NCBI GenBank assembly: GCA_965200315.1
Contig: OZ241362.1
Span: 2,784,001-2,848,000 of the forward strand
Origin: Candidatus Latescibacterota bacterium
GTDB taxonomy: Bacteria; Latescibacterota; UBA2968; UBA8231
Length of the DNA: 64,000 bases
Direction of reading: 5' to 3'
A program made the position numbers and the translations under genes. This document shows positions 1 through 9,490 of this stretch, in pieces; positions within the stretch are counted from its first letter, which is position 1, and the number at the start of each line of letters is the position of its first letter. The notes beneath the pieces are model-generated. The model was not told the DNA's origin, did no database searches, and was given only the letters and a program-made list of their open reading frames with translations.

Positions 1-1780
1 CGAGCAAGAGCACGTGCGGCTCTACCAGCAGCGAATGCAGGAGATTGGCGTACAATTTGGCGAGATACCGGTCGGCGACTTTTTCTGGAAGGCCATCGGG
101 CCGATGGAGACCCCGATGGATTTTGTGACGGGCTTGAGCCTGACCCTCGAACAAGCCAATCTCGACTACGCACGGCACTACGCCGAGGTCTATCGGCAGT
201 TGGACGACCCGGAAACCGCAGCGATTCTGGAGCGGATCTACCGCGACGAAATTGGCCACGTCAAGCACGGATTGACGTGGTTTAGGCGCTGGCAGGAGGC
301 CGGGCTGAGCGAATGGGACGCCTATCGCCGGGCGCTGCGCTTTCCGCTAGGGCCGGCGCGAGCCAAGGGCCTTGGCTTCAACCGCGTGGGTCGGCTCCAA
401 GCGGGGCTTTCTGCGGATTATATCGACGAATTGGAGCTGTTCTCGCAGTCGCGGGGACGCTGCCCGGCCGTGTACTGGTTCAATGCCAACTGCGAGGAGC
501 AGGTGGCCTTGGGGCGGCCGGGTCTTACGCCGCCGCAGCGGGTGGCTGAGTTGGAGGCCGACTTCCAAGCGCTGCCCATGCTGTTGTGCGTCCGCGACGA
601 TATGGTGCTGCTGCGCGAGAAGCCTTCGCCGGCCTTTTTGCGGCGGATGCAGGGGTTGGGCTTTGCGATACCGGAATTTGTCGAGCGTAGTGCAGATGGC
701 TTAGCGGCACTTGCCGAGCGCAAGGTCAACGCGCTCAGGCCTTGGGGTTGGAGTCCAGACAGCGCCGAGTTGCTAGCGCCGTTGGTCGAGGGTTTGCCTC
801 GCGGTGGGGAAGGGCCTTGCTGGAGCGCGGCGATTCGGTCGCTCTACGCCAAGTCGTGGAGCGCAGCGCGGCTGGGGGAGTTTCTCGCGGCGCAGGAGAC
901 CGACTATTTCTGCGGGACGGATGTAGTCGGCACGGCCTGCGCGACGACAGAACAATTAGTAGTGCAGATAGAGCACTTGGCGGAGGCGGGTTTTGACTCG
1001 GTGGTCGTCAAGGCCATCTACGGCTCTGCGGGCCGCGGCCAAATCCACTGCCGTGGAGGACAACTGCGCGCGGAGCAGCGCGGTCGCTTGGAGAACATCT
1101 TGCGACAGCAAGGCCAAGTCTTAGTAGAGCCGTGGCTCGACAAGGTGGTGGATCTGTCGCTGCACTTCGACGTGGGGGCCGGAGGTGCGGTGGCGGTGGT
1201 CGGCTGGACGCGGTTTTTCACCGATGGACGCGGCCAGTATCGCGGCTCGTTTGTCGGTGCGCTTACCGCTGGCCTCGACGAGGAGGTAAAGCGATTTCTC
1301 TACGGCGATGGGCGCGATGCACGCCGCTTGCCCCGCTTGGGCGAGCAACTTGCCGAATGGCTCGCTGATCCGTTGTACGCTGCTGGTTATCAGGGGCCAG
1401 TCGGCGTGGATGCCATGGTGTACCGCGACCGCGACCGGATGCGGCTAAAGCCGATTGTGGAGATCAATCCGCGCACGACGATGGGGCGAGTGGCACTCAA
1501 GTTGCAACAGGCGGTTAATTCGGCGCGCACGGCTCTGTGGCTGGTGATTAGCCGTCGCGAGGTGACGGTGGCTGGGTTTGCTGGCTTGGCCGAATGTGCC
1601 GCTGCGCTGGAGGCCGCACATCCGGCCCGGCTGATGCCCGATGGCAAGCAGTTGAGGGACGGGGTGCTTTTTACGACTGATCCGGCGCAGGCCCGTTCTT
1701 TTGCTACCGTGCTGCTGGTCGGCCAATCGCTGGCCGAGTGTGAGGGGTACTTGCGAGAAGTGGGACTGGCACTCAAGTAA
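1..1780 (+). CDS. DUF455 ferritin-like domain fused to a C-terminal ATP-grasp-like domain (5' end lies outside the window)
   Basis: Reading frame is open from the window edge. Ferritin-like diiron motifs LEQANLDY...RDEIGHVKHG. ATP-grasp motifs VVVKAIYGSAGRG, LVEPWLDK, GPVGVDAM and PIVEINPRTTMG. Confidence 0.75.
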   Translation, partial: EQEHVRLYQQRMQEIGVQFGEIPVGDFFWKAIGPMETPMDFVTGLSLTLEQANLDYARHYAEVYRQLDDPETAAILERIYRDEIGHVKHGLTWFRRWQEAGLSEWDAYRRALRFPLGPARAKGLGFNRVGRLQAGLSADYIDELELFSQSRGRCPAVYWFNANCEEQVALGRPGLTPPQRVAELEADFQALPMLLCVRDDMVLLREKPSPAFLRRMQGLGFAIPEFVERSADGLAALAERKVNALRPWGWSPDSAELLAPLVEGLPRGGEGPCWSAAIRSLYAKSWSAARLGEFLAAQETDYFCGTDVVGTACATTEQLVVQIEHLAEAGFDSVVVKAIYGSAGRGQIHCRGGQLRAEQRGRLENILRQQGQVLVEPWLDKVVDLSLHFDVGAGGAVAVVGWTRFFTDGRGQYRGSFVGALTAGLDEEVKRFLYGDGRDARRLPRLGEQLAEWLADPLYAAGYQGPVGVDAMVYRDRDRMRLKPIVEINPRTTMGRVALKLQQAVNSARTALWLVISRREVTVAGFAGLAECAAALEAAHPARLMPDGKQLRDGVLFTTDPAQARSFATVLLVGQSLAECEGYLREVGLALK

Positions 1781-1786
1781 CTGACG

Positions 1787-2180
1787 TTACGCGGCTTCGT
1801 CTAGCAGGTGCCTAAAGGCTTCGAGGCTGGGCACCTGTATGGCCGCCCGGTGTAGCTGCTTGAGGCGCTGCCCATCGTCGATGGTCCCAATGCGAGCGAC
1901 CAACGGACCCGACTCGGCCATCCCAAAGCGAATCTCCAGCACGTCGAGCAAATCTTCAATGGCGCGTTCTCGGCCTCCTTGCTCGATGCCTTTCCCGTGA
2001 AATACTGCACTACCGACGATTCGTATATGGTCGCCTCCGCGATGATGGTCATAATCGTTTCTAACTTTTTTACACTAATCCACCGAATCACTTGGTATTG
2101 CACCAAGACGCGGTAGCCAAGCCGCTCTTGGAGATAGTGCCCCGGATCGGTGCGACCAGCGTCGGGACGCAAATTATACG
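1787..2180 (-). pseudogene. Internally deleted, frameshifted Rpn/DUF4351-like (PD-(D/E)XK transposase-like) remnant
   Basis: One frame reads LRPDAGRTDPGHYLQERLGYRVLVQYQVIR...ESSVVQYFT. A shifted frame continues GIEQGGRERAIEDLLDVLEIRFG...QRLKQLHRAAIQVPSLEAFRHLLDEAA*, a typical Rpn-like C-terminus. Confidence 0.6.
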
Positions 2181-2232
2181 GCGTATTGCTTTTTACATGA
2201 CTCGACAAGGAATCTGGATTGAATGGGAATCT

Positions 2233-2257
2233 GTAGGAGCAACCCTTGCGGTCGCCC
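2233..2257 (+). repeat. REP-like palindrome (GTAG + hairpin)
   Basis: gtaggagcaacccttgcggtcgccc closely matches the copy at 8195 and lies immediately after the EamA stop. Confidence 0.6.
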
Positions 2258-3153
2258 TAATCCCGCTCGACCCAGTTGGCAACCACAATCCCCACAGCCA
2301 CCAGCCCCATGCTGGCCAGCAGATAGGGCGATATGGCCTCGTCCAAGAGCGCGGCACTCAACAGCACACCCACCACCGGCGTGGCAAAACCGAAGCCCCC
2401 CAATCGCCCTGGCGAGTGGTGTTGGAGCAGAAAGACGAGGATGATAAAACACAGCCCAGCGACGACGATGCCTTGGTAGAGCACACCGGCGACGACCGGG
2501 CCGGTTAGGACGAATTCGGCTTCGGATTCTAAAAGCACGCTCCAAGCGGCAAACAGTGGCAGGCTCAGCACGGCCTGCCAAAATAGAACTTGATACGGGT
2601 TAAGCCCCTGCACCAACCGCTTGATCACCACCTGCCGCAAGCCCAACAACAAGCCGCTAGCGGCTACCATCGCGTCACCGAGCAGGTGCTGCGTCTCGGC
2701 CAGCGCTAGCGACTCCCAAAACAGCAGCACCACGCCGGCAAACGAAATGACTAAGCCAAACCACCGACTCCAGCCCAAGCGGTCGCCGACGAGCAAGTGC
2801 GCGAAGAGCGCTGTGAAGAAGGGATAGATATTGACCACCACCCCCGAGCGGCTGGCCGTGGTGTATTGAGTGCCGGCGTTCAAAAGCCATATTTGCAGCG
2901 CGAACAGCAGCGCCAAGCCGCCCAACCCCTTCCATTCGCTGAGGGGTGTGCGCAGCCGAATACCAGCAAAAAGTGCCCCGACCCATACGGTCAGAGCACC
3001 CAGTGCAAAGCGCAAGCCAGCCATCGCCGCCGGCGGCACTCCATCGAGACCCACCTTGATCGCCACCGGATTGCCGCCCCACAGCACCGCGGTTACAATG
3101 GCTAGAGTGCCGGCCTTTAGCCCGACGGCCTCATTGCGAATTTTGGCCGCCAA
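2257..3153 (-). CDS. DMT/EamA family transporter
   Basis: 298 aa with about 10 hydrophobic segments; LWGGNPVAIK, RFALG and PFFTALFAH...GDRL patterns. Confidence 0.85.
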   Translation of the reverse strand: MAAKIRNEAVGLKAGTLAIVTAVLWGGNPVAIKVGLDGVPPAAMAGLRFALGALTVWVGALFAGIRLRTPLSEWKGLGGLALLFALQIWLLNAGTQYTTASRSGVVVNIYPFFTALFAHLLVGDRLGWSRWFGLVISFAGVVLLFWESLALAETQHLLGDAMVAASGLLLGLRQVVIKRLVQGLNPYQVLFWQAVLSLPLFAAWSVLLESEAEFVLTGPVVAGVLYQGIVVAGLCFIILVFLLQHHSPGRLGGFGFATPVVGVLLSAALLDEAISPYLLASMGLVAVGIVVANWVERD

Positions 3154-3154
3154 T

Positions 3155-3796
3155 TTACTCGATAATCTCGGCCTTGACGATATAGTCTAAGTTGGGAAAA
3201 TTTTCTTCGAGATAGGCATTGCCGTTCGTGGCGATCTTCCCTTGGGAAGGCTGCTGGCCGTACTCGGCGTTGATCGCATCGACCACCTCCATGCCTTCTA
3301 CTACTTCCCCGAAGGGCGCAAAACCCATGCCGTCGAGGTTGAGGTTATCTCCCAAGTTGATAAAGAGCTGGGTCGTGCGCGTATTGGGCTGATTGGTTTT
3401 GGCAAAGGTGATCCGTCCTCGCGCATTGCTTTGCTTGACCGGGTCGTCGGAGATATGGGCCCGATGCCAGACCTGGTTCAGCGCTGGATTGCCGCTCAAA
3501 CCCCACTGCACCACAAAGTTAGATACCACGCGGAAAAAGCGCTGCCCGTCGTAGAAACCATTGCGGACCAAGTTGTAGAAGCGGTCGGCACCGATCGGGG
3601 CCCAATCGCGCGTCACTTGGATGACCACCGGGCCGGCGCTGGTCTCCAAGCGCACGGAGAATTCGTCGGGTGCCTGCTCGTTTAGGGCCTCGCCTGTAGG
3701 ATCCATTAATATCTCCTTGCTTGTTTCCCCACCTTGACCGCCGGTTCCACAGCCGAAAGCCCAAAGTGCGATGATTAGTAGTGCGCTCCGCTTCAT
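3155..3796 (-). CDS. Cyclophilin-type peptidyl-prolyl isomerase, probable lipoprotein
   Basis: GFYDGQRFFRVVSNFVVQWG, FAKT...TTQLFINL, FAPFGEVVEGMEVVD; N-terminal AFGC lipobox-like signal. Confidence 0.9.
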   Translation of the reverse strand: MKRSALLIIALWAFGCGTGGQGGETSKEILMDPTGEALNEQAPDEFSVRLETSAGPVVIQVTRDWAPIGADRFYNLVRNGFYDGQRFFRVVSNFVVQWGLSGNPALNQVWHRAHISDDPVKQSNARGRITFAKTNQPNTRTTQLFINLGDNLNLDGMGFAPFGEVVEGMEVVDAINAEYGQQPSQGKIATNGNAYLEENFPNLDYIVKAEIIE

Positions 3797-3823
3797 AATT
3801 TTATGCCTTTATGCTTGGTGTGT

Positions 3824-6067
3824 TTATTGATCCAGCCTGCTCACGGCTGCGACGAGTGCCTCAGTCGTGATACCGAAGTGCGCCCACGTCTCTAGATGGC
3901 CCTCTGACGGGGCGGTCGTGGGGTCGGTAATGCCGATATGCGCCGCTGGAATGCCCAAGTCGCTAGCGACGCCTGCCACCAGCCCGGCGAAACCGCGTAC
4001 GCCAGTATTGGCTGCGCCGATCAGGCCATCTTCTATAGTTACCACGCCCTTGGGATAGCGACCCACTAGTTCTTCTAAGGCAGCGGCCGGCAGCGGCAGC
4101 CCATTAATTATATGCACATCCACCGAGCCTTCGAGCTGCTCAGCCGCTTCACCGGCCAGAAAAGCCGGCGCACCAAAAGCCAAGATCGCCCGCTCGGCTC
4201 CAGAGTACGTGCGATAGGCCGTCAGCGGCTCCCAAGCGTCGCCCGGCTCCCACAGCGGCCCAGAGCCGTCTTGCTTTGCGAGGATGGGCAGGGAATCGCG
4301 CGGGATGCCGATGATGTGCCCTCCGTAGTGCGCCGCCATATCGCAGACCGCCAAAAACGCCGCCCGCGCATCGGCTGGCCCGTAGAAGCGGTGCAGATAG
4401 GGCAAATAGCTCAAGCCGACGTTGATCCACTCCAAGCCCCAACCCGAAAAGTGATCGCGCCCGGTGCAGGCTCCCACGTGCGAGACGTGGAAGGCGACGT
4501 TGAGGCCCTCGTTGACGCCGGTGAGGTTGCGCTGATAACGCCAGACGTCAAAGCCCTCGCGGGCAATGCCCTCGTAAAAGGCGGCAAACGTCGATACCAC
4601 ATTGAGCTGCGGACCCGGCCTGCTCATCGCCAATCCATCGGTGATCAAACAAGCGGCTTGCTCCTCAATGCTCATCTCGAATTGGTGATCCGCGGCCAAG
4701 AAACCGCGCGCCTTCGCCAGCTTGGTCGAGGGGTCGAGGTCGCAGCTAACGACGAAGACGTCGTCGGGGAAATGCGCGGCCACCGCTGCGTACGCAGCCT
4801 CGGACCCGGCGCGAGGGCTTTCGCTTATGCCCACTGTGGGCAAGCTAACCTTTTCCCGCGCATCTTGCGGCAGAACCAAATTGCTGCTGCCGGGAGCAGG
4901 TCTAGCTCGGGTTTCAACTTGGCGCTTCTCGCCTTGGCGCAGCGTCGCTAGGGCTTGGTCCGCAGCCGCTGTCTTTTGAAACATCGGATTGCTCAGCACT
5001 TGCGCGGCGTCGCGGCCCTTCATGTGGCCGTCGTGATGCCCTTCGCCGCCGGGGAGCTTGTTGACCAAGAAGAGGCACTCGAGCATCGGCACTACGTCTC
5101 GGTAGCTCATCAGCGAGCCGGGGACCCAGATGCGAGTGCTGAGATCGACGCCGTGCTCGGCGGCGAACGCTGCGACCTCGGAACCAATGCCCAAGCGATC
5201 GCCAAAGTCGCCGAGGAGTTCGTGCGTTCCCGTGGGATAGATCAACGTCGGTCGCCCTTGCTGCGCCAGTTTGTAGCTTTCGACATAGGTTTCGTAGAGT
5301 GCTGCATCGTCGTGCAGGGTCTCGATCTCGATAACTTCCACGCCCATCGCCGCAACGATCGGACGCGGGTCCTTGTCCATAATGCCCTCGGTCACGCCCG
5401 AAAGCTGGATGCCGTTGCGGTGCATGACGAAGGTAATCGGCGCTCCGTGGACGGCTGCGCCGTTGAAGCCGTTGAGCGCTTGACCCGAGATGTAGCCGGC
5501 GTCGCCACAGTGGCAGACGACCCAGCTACCCTCGCCGAGCTTGGCCCGCTTGCCGAGGGCTTGGCCCACGGCCACCGGGATCATCACCCCCAAGCGCCCG
5601 CCGTTGAGTTGGGTGCCACCCGGCAGCCAAGACACGTGCCCGGGAGCGTCGAGCCCGCGGCGGAAACCCTCGACGACAATCTCCTCATCGATAAAGCCCA
5701 GTGCCGCCAGTGCCGCGTAGTAGCCCACGGAGGTGTGGGCGTGTTCGATGGTGTACTCGATGCGTTCGTAGTCGGTGACAGCCAAGGTCAGCAAGAGCGG
5801 CGGAATCAGCTCTAGACCGCCGCCGAGGTGGTCCAGTTCGCCGATTTCGGCCAACGAGGCCAGCGAGCGGATTGCGATCGCGGCTGCTTCGATCTGCAAG
5901 CCTTCTAGGGCGGCGATTTGCGCTGGATGCAGTGCTTGTTGTTTGCCGATATCCACGGTGAGCGGCAAGACCTCGGAATGCACTTTCTCGCCTAGATAGC
6001 GCACTCCGCTCAACAGCTCTTTGTTGCGCTGCTGTTGGCCTACTTGCGCCGCTTCGATCCCCCGCAT
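3824..6067 (-). CDS. Single-chain transketolase/DXS-like TPP-dependent enzyme
   Basis: DHLGGGL, HAH, GH, GDAG...N TPP motif, DLDPST, SIEEQ and STFAAF motifs; C-terminal TIEDG. Confidence 0.75.
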   Translation of the reverse strand: MRGIEAAQVGQQQRNKELLSGVRYLGEKVHSEVLPLTVDIGKQQALHPAQIAALEGLQIEAAAIAIRSLASLAEIGELDHLGGGLELIPPLLLTLAVTDYERIEYTIEHAHTSVGYYAALAALGFIDEEIVVEGFRRGLDAPGHVSWLPGGTQLNGGRLGVMIPVAVGQALGKRAKLGEGSWVVCHCGDAGYISGQALNGFNGAAVHGAPITFVMHRNGIQLSGVTEGIMDKDPRPIVAAMGVEVIEIETLHDDAALYETYVESYKLAQQGRPTLIYPTGTHELLGDFGDRLGIGSEVAAFAAEHGVDLSTRIWVPGSLMSYRDVVPMLECLFLVNKLPGGEGHHDGHMKGRDAAQVLSNPMFQKTAAADQALATLRQGEKRQVETRARPAPGSSNLVLPQDAREKVSLPTVGISESPRAGSEAAYAAVAAHFPDDVFVVSCDLDPSTKLAKARGFLAADHQFEMSIEEQAACLITDGLAMSRPGPQLNVVSTFAAFYEGIAREGFDVWRYQRNLTGVNEGLNVAFHVSHVGACTGRDHFSGWGLEWINVGLSYLPYLHRFYGPADARAAFLAVCDMAAHYGGHIIGIPRDSLPILAKQDGSGPLWEPGDAWEPLTAYRTYSGAERAILAFGAPAFLAGEAAEQLEGSVDVHIINGLPLPAAALEELVGRYPKGVVTIEDGLIGAANTGVRGFAGLVAGVASDLGIPAAHIGITDPTTAPSEGHLETWAHFGITTEALVAAVSRLDQ

Positions 6068-6143
6068 GTAGAACTCCCTAAGTGGGTATTTTCAGTTGAG
6101 TAAAGGACAGTAAAAGTATAAACCCAGCACCTTATGCGGGCAA

Positions 6144-7154
6144 TTAACGCGGCTTGAACTGCACGGCCAATTTCTCGGCCCAAGCCTTGTTCGCGTCGAT
6201 GGTGCGCCCGGCGTTGTGCGGCGTGTGTACCACGTTGTGCCGCCCCAATAGCGGATCGTCTAAAGGCAGCGGCTCTTGGTCCCACACGTCCGCCGCTAGG
6301 CTCAGCTCATCGGCCATCACCCGGCGCCGGATTGCGTCGGTATCGCAGATTTTGGCTCTGGTTACCAGCACCACCAGACAGCCCTTGGGCAGCGCGTCAA
6401 TGTGCTCAGCCTCGACTAAGCCGCGCGTCGATTCCGTCAGCGGCACCATGGGCGCGAACACTTCGGCATCGGTGACTAGCTGCTCTAGATGGTACTCGCG
6501 GCGCGACCCGGCCCGGTGAAAGCACGGCTCCGTGGCAAACGGATCCCAAGCCGCCACCTCGGCTCCCAGCATCGCGGCGAAGCTGGCGTAGCGGCTGGCG
6601 ATATTGCCGGCTCCTACGATCCGCACGCGCTTGCCGCACAGCGTACCGCTGGCAAAGGCCGGGTCGTCGCCAAACTGGTGCCCGCGTGCGCCGGGCCGGC
6701 CTTGGCCTCCGAGCGGCTCGTAGTCCCAAGGCGCTTGGCTTTGGATGATCTCTCGGTGCAACTGCGGAATCCGCCGCAGCCCGCACAGCGTCAAGGCCAA
6801 GCCAAATTCTGCCACAGTCTGCGACCAAAACCCCTCGCTCGGATGGTCGTAAACAACGACGCCGGCCTCGGCCAGATACTCGCTACAGCCCTCGCCCAAC
6901 CGCCGGCCATAAGACCCCTGAAAGGTCGCTTCCTGCAAGGCACTGAAACTCTGTAGGCACGTCAGACTCGCTGGCACCCCCAGCGTAGCCAACCGCGTCA
7001 CTTGGCTCGACTCTTCGACCACCTCGCCCAAGAGCCGCTCGTCTCCATGCGCTAGACGCACAAAGCCCGCTTGGGGCCACAGGGTGCGAAAGTGGTCGGC
7101 GGCAAAAGGCCAAACTCCGTCAAAATCTGGATGAACGACGATCAGATCGCCCAT
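6144..7154 (-). CDS. D-isomer 2-hydroxyacid dehydrogenase family NAD-binding protein
   Basis: IVGAGNIA Rossmann motif, AADVWDQEPL and HTPHNAG. Start placed at MGDLIVV, 1 nt downstream of the upstream gene's stop. Confidence 0.85.
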   Translation of the reverse strand: MGDLIVVHPDFDGVWPFAADHFRTLWPQAGFVRLAHGDERLLGEVVEESSQVTRLATLGVPASLTCLQSFSALQEATFQGSYGRRLGEGCSEYLAEAGVVVYDHPSEGFWSQTVAEFGLALTLCGLRRIPQLHREIIQSQAPWDYEPLGGQGRPGARGHQFGDDPAFASGTLCGKRVRIVGAGNIASRYASFAAMLGAEVAAWDPFATEPCFHRAGSRREYHLEQLVTDAEVFAPMVPLTESTRGLVEAEHIDALPKGCLVVLVTRAKICDTDAIRRRVMADELSLAADVWDQEPLPLDDPLLGRHNVVHTPHNAGRTIDANKAWAEKLAVQFKPR

Positions 7155-7155
7155 A

Positions 7156-8037
7156 TCATTCGCCCTCCTCACAAAAAAACGGCTGCGTCCAAGCAAACGC
7201 CTCTCCGGCCCCCCAACACTCAAAGCGCACGTAGCCCGCCCGCTCCGGCACTTCCACCTCAATTTCCCGTCCATCGGCCACGGCTATCCGCCTCGCTCCG
7301 GCGCGTAAGGCCACGATCCGCGCCGCATTCTCCGTCTCGATCCAGATTTTGCTGCCCTCAACTTGGACCTCGGTGATCTCAACGCCCGTCGAAGCGTAAA
7401 AGCGACCAGCGCGCAGGGCCTCCACCACGCCGCTAGCCGTTTCCTCCTCCACGTAGGCCACATTCCACCCCAAGCCCACATCGCCTCTCGCCGCGTGGCT
7501 GTCGTCGTTGGCAAACCCCCACAGGCGTCTTCCCGCGCTCAGCAGCATGTCCCAGCGATTCGTCGCGTAGGGGCTGCCCTCCAAACGGCAAATCACGCCG
7601 TTGTATATCTCCAAGCCCACAAAGCCCTCGCAAGCCTGCAAAAGCTCCTGAGGACAGTGGTTGAAATTGCCGTGCCAGTTGGGGTGGTTAAAAAGGGCAA
7701 AACCACCACCCGATTCGTTGACCTCGTCAATTACCTGCTGCCGGTCCGCATGCGGCGCGACCCACGCTGCTCCCCCTACGTGCAAAACGTGCGGGCCATT
7801 CGCTGAAATCTCATTGCCTGGCACCAAAATCATCCCTTGGGCGCCGTATGGCTCGTAGTCTTCCAAGGACGTATAGATGTCGTGATCGGTGATCGCCAAG
7901 AAGCCGTAGCCGCGGCCCGCGTAGTCGTCGATTACCGCTTGGTGATCGCGCTCGCCGTCGCTGGCGGTCGTGTGCGTGTGCAGGTTGCCGACTAGCCAGC
8001 GGCCTCCGTTCAAATTCTGATAGGGATGTTTTATCAT
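7156..8037 (-). CDS. PHP-domain (CehA/McbA-like) metallohydrolase
   Basis: GNLHTHTTASDG, AITDHD, FNHPNW, LEIYNG and ANDDSH motifs. Confidence 0.85.
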   Translation of the reverse strand: MIKHPYQNLNGGRWLVGNLHTHTTASDGERDHQAVIDDYAGRGYGFLAITDHDIYTSLEDYEPYGAQGMILVPGNEISANGPHVLHVGGAAWVAPHADRQQVIDEVNESGGGFALFNHPNWHGNFNHCPQELLQACEGFVGLEIYNGVICRLEGSPYATNRWDMLLSAGRRLWGFANDDSHAARGDVGLGWNVAYVEEETASGVVEALRAGRFYASTGVEITEVQVEGSKIWIETENAARIVALRAGARRIAVADGREIEVEVPERAGYVRFECWGAGEAFAWTQPFFCEEGE

Positions 8038-8194
8038 CGGGATTCTCCTCGTTGGGAAGCGGCCTCAAAATACGAGAGCACCCTGCGAGCGACAAGGGAG
8101 GCGGTGTTGACGCGAAAAGTACGTGGCCCTTTAATACAGACCCGTGCAGCAACAAATTTTAAGAACCCATACCCATAACTGAATGTTACGCATT

Positions 8195-8280
8195 GTAGGG
8201 GCAACCCTTGTGGTTGCCCTTTTTGAGAGCCCGCTGGCTGAATGCGCCGTGTGGTTGGCACCCACAAGGGACGCCTCGAC
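8195..8280. repeat. Inverted REP pair (BIME-like)
   Basis: gtaggggcaacccttgtggttgccc at 8195-8219 and the inverted variant ggcacccacaagggacgcctcgac at 8257-8280, in an intergenic region. Confidence 0.7.
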
Positions 8281-8328
8281 ATAGATGCGTAACGTCAGAC
8301 CCATAATTAAAATCGCCACAGGAACCCG

Positions 8329-9483
8329 ATGAAAATCACCGATATTCGCACACTTTCGCTCTCGCGCCCCCATGAACCCGAACGCCAGTGGTACAGCGCC
8401 ACCTTCCACGTTCCCAAAGCCGACTGCTCGATCTGCATCATCGAGACCGACGAGGGCTTGCAGGGCATCGCCGAGCCTTGCGCTTATGGTGTGCCGCCTG
8501 CCATCGCCGCTCGCATCGACGAACTCAAGCCCAGTCTCATCGGCCGCGACCCCCGCGACGAAGGGCTGACGCCGCACAACGAAGCAGAGCGCGCCAACGA
8601 CATTGCCAACGCCGGCCTCAACTGCGCGCTGTGGGATTTGCGCGGCAAAATCGCGGGGAAACCCACCGCCGACCTGCTCTGCGCGGTAGGACAGAAACCC
8701 CTGCGCCGCCTCCGCCTCTACGCTTCCTCGGGCGTACGCTACGACTGGGACGACCACCCCGAATCCGTCGTCGAAGAAGCCATCGGCTATGCCGGAGAGG
8801 GCTTCACCGCCTACAAGATGCGCTTGGGCACTCACTGGGCTTGGTCGGGCGTCACCGTCGATCGCTTCCTAAAAATCGCGCACCAAGTCCACGAGGCCGT
8901 AGGTGAGCGCATGGAATTAGCTCTCGACGGCAATTGCCGCCTCTCAATGGAGGAGGCGCTGCCCATCGCCGAAGCTCTTGACGAAATGGGTTGGGCTTGG
9001 TTTGAGGAGCCGGTCGAACGCGTTCCCGCAGACTACGCTCGGCTCAATGAGGCCGTCTCCATCCCCATCACCGGCGGCGAGCCGTTTACCACCTGGGCGC
9101 AGTTCGAGCCTTTTATGGAAGCGGGAGGCTTCGGCATCGTCCAGCCCGACGCTGGCGTCTGCGGCATTGACCTCTGCATGGAGGTCGGCCACAGAGCTTA
9201 CGCAGACTACGGCGGCATACCCCTGATCCCGCACAACTGGCACAATGGCCTGATGACGATGGCCAATGCCCAGATGGTCGCGGCGCTGCCCGACCCGCGC
9301 TTAGTCGAGCTAAATATGAAGCAGGGGCCTCTACAGTGGGAGATTCTGCGCGAGAAGCCGCTGATCGAAGACGGCCACTTGGTTCTGCCCGACGCCCCGG
9401 GCTTCGGCGTCGAATTGGCCGACGACCTCGAAGCGCGCTTCCCGTATATCGAAGGCTCTTGGGGCGATCCCGTACAGCGCTGA
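8329..9483 (+). CDS. Mandelate racemase/muconate lactonizing enzyme family (enolase superfamily)
   Basis: ALWDLRGK, KMR, LDGN, WFEEP, GGE, IVQPD and PHNW motifs. Confidence 0.9.
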   Translation: MKITDIRTLSLSRPHEPERQWYSATFHVPKADCSICIIETDEGLQGIAEPCAYGVPPAIAARIDELKPSLIGRDPRDEGLTPHNEAERANDIANAGLNCALWDLRGKIAGKPTADLLCAVGQKPLRRLRLYASSGVRYDWDDHPESVVEEAIGYAGEGFTAYKMRLGTHWAWSGVTVDRFLKIAHQVHEAVGERMELALDGNCRLSMEEALPIAEALDEMGWAWFEEPVERVPADYARLNEAVSIPITGGEPFTTWAQFEPFMEAGGFGIVQPDAGVCGIDLCMEVGHRAYADYGGIPLIPHNWHNGLMTMANAQMVAALPDPRLVELNMKQGPLQWEILREKPLIEDGHLVLPDAPGFGVELADDLEARFPYIEGSWGDPVQR

Positions 9484-9490
9484 GGACATA

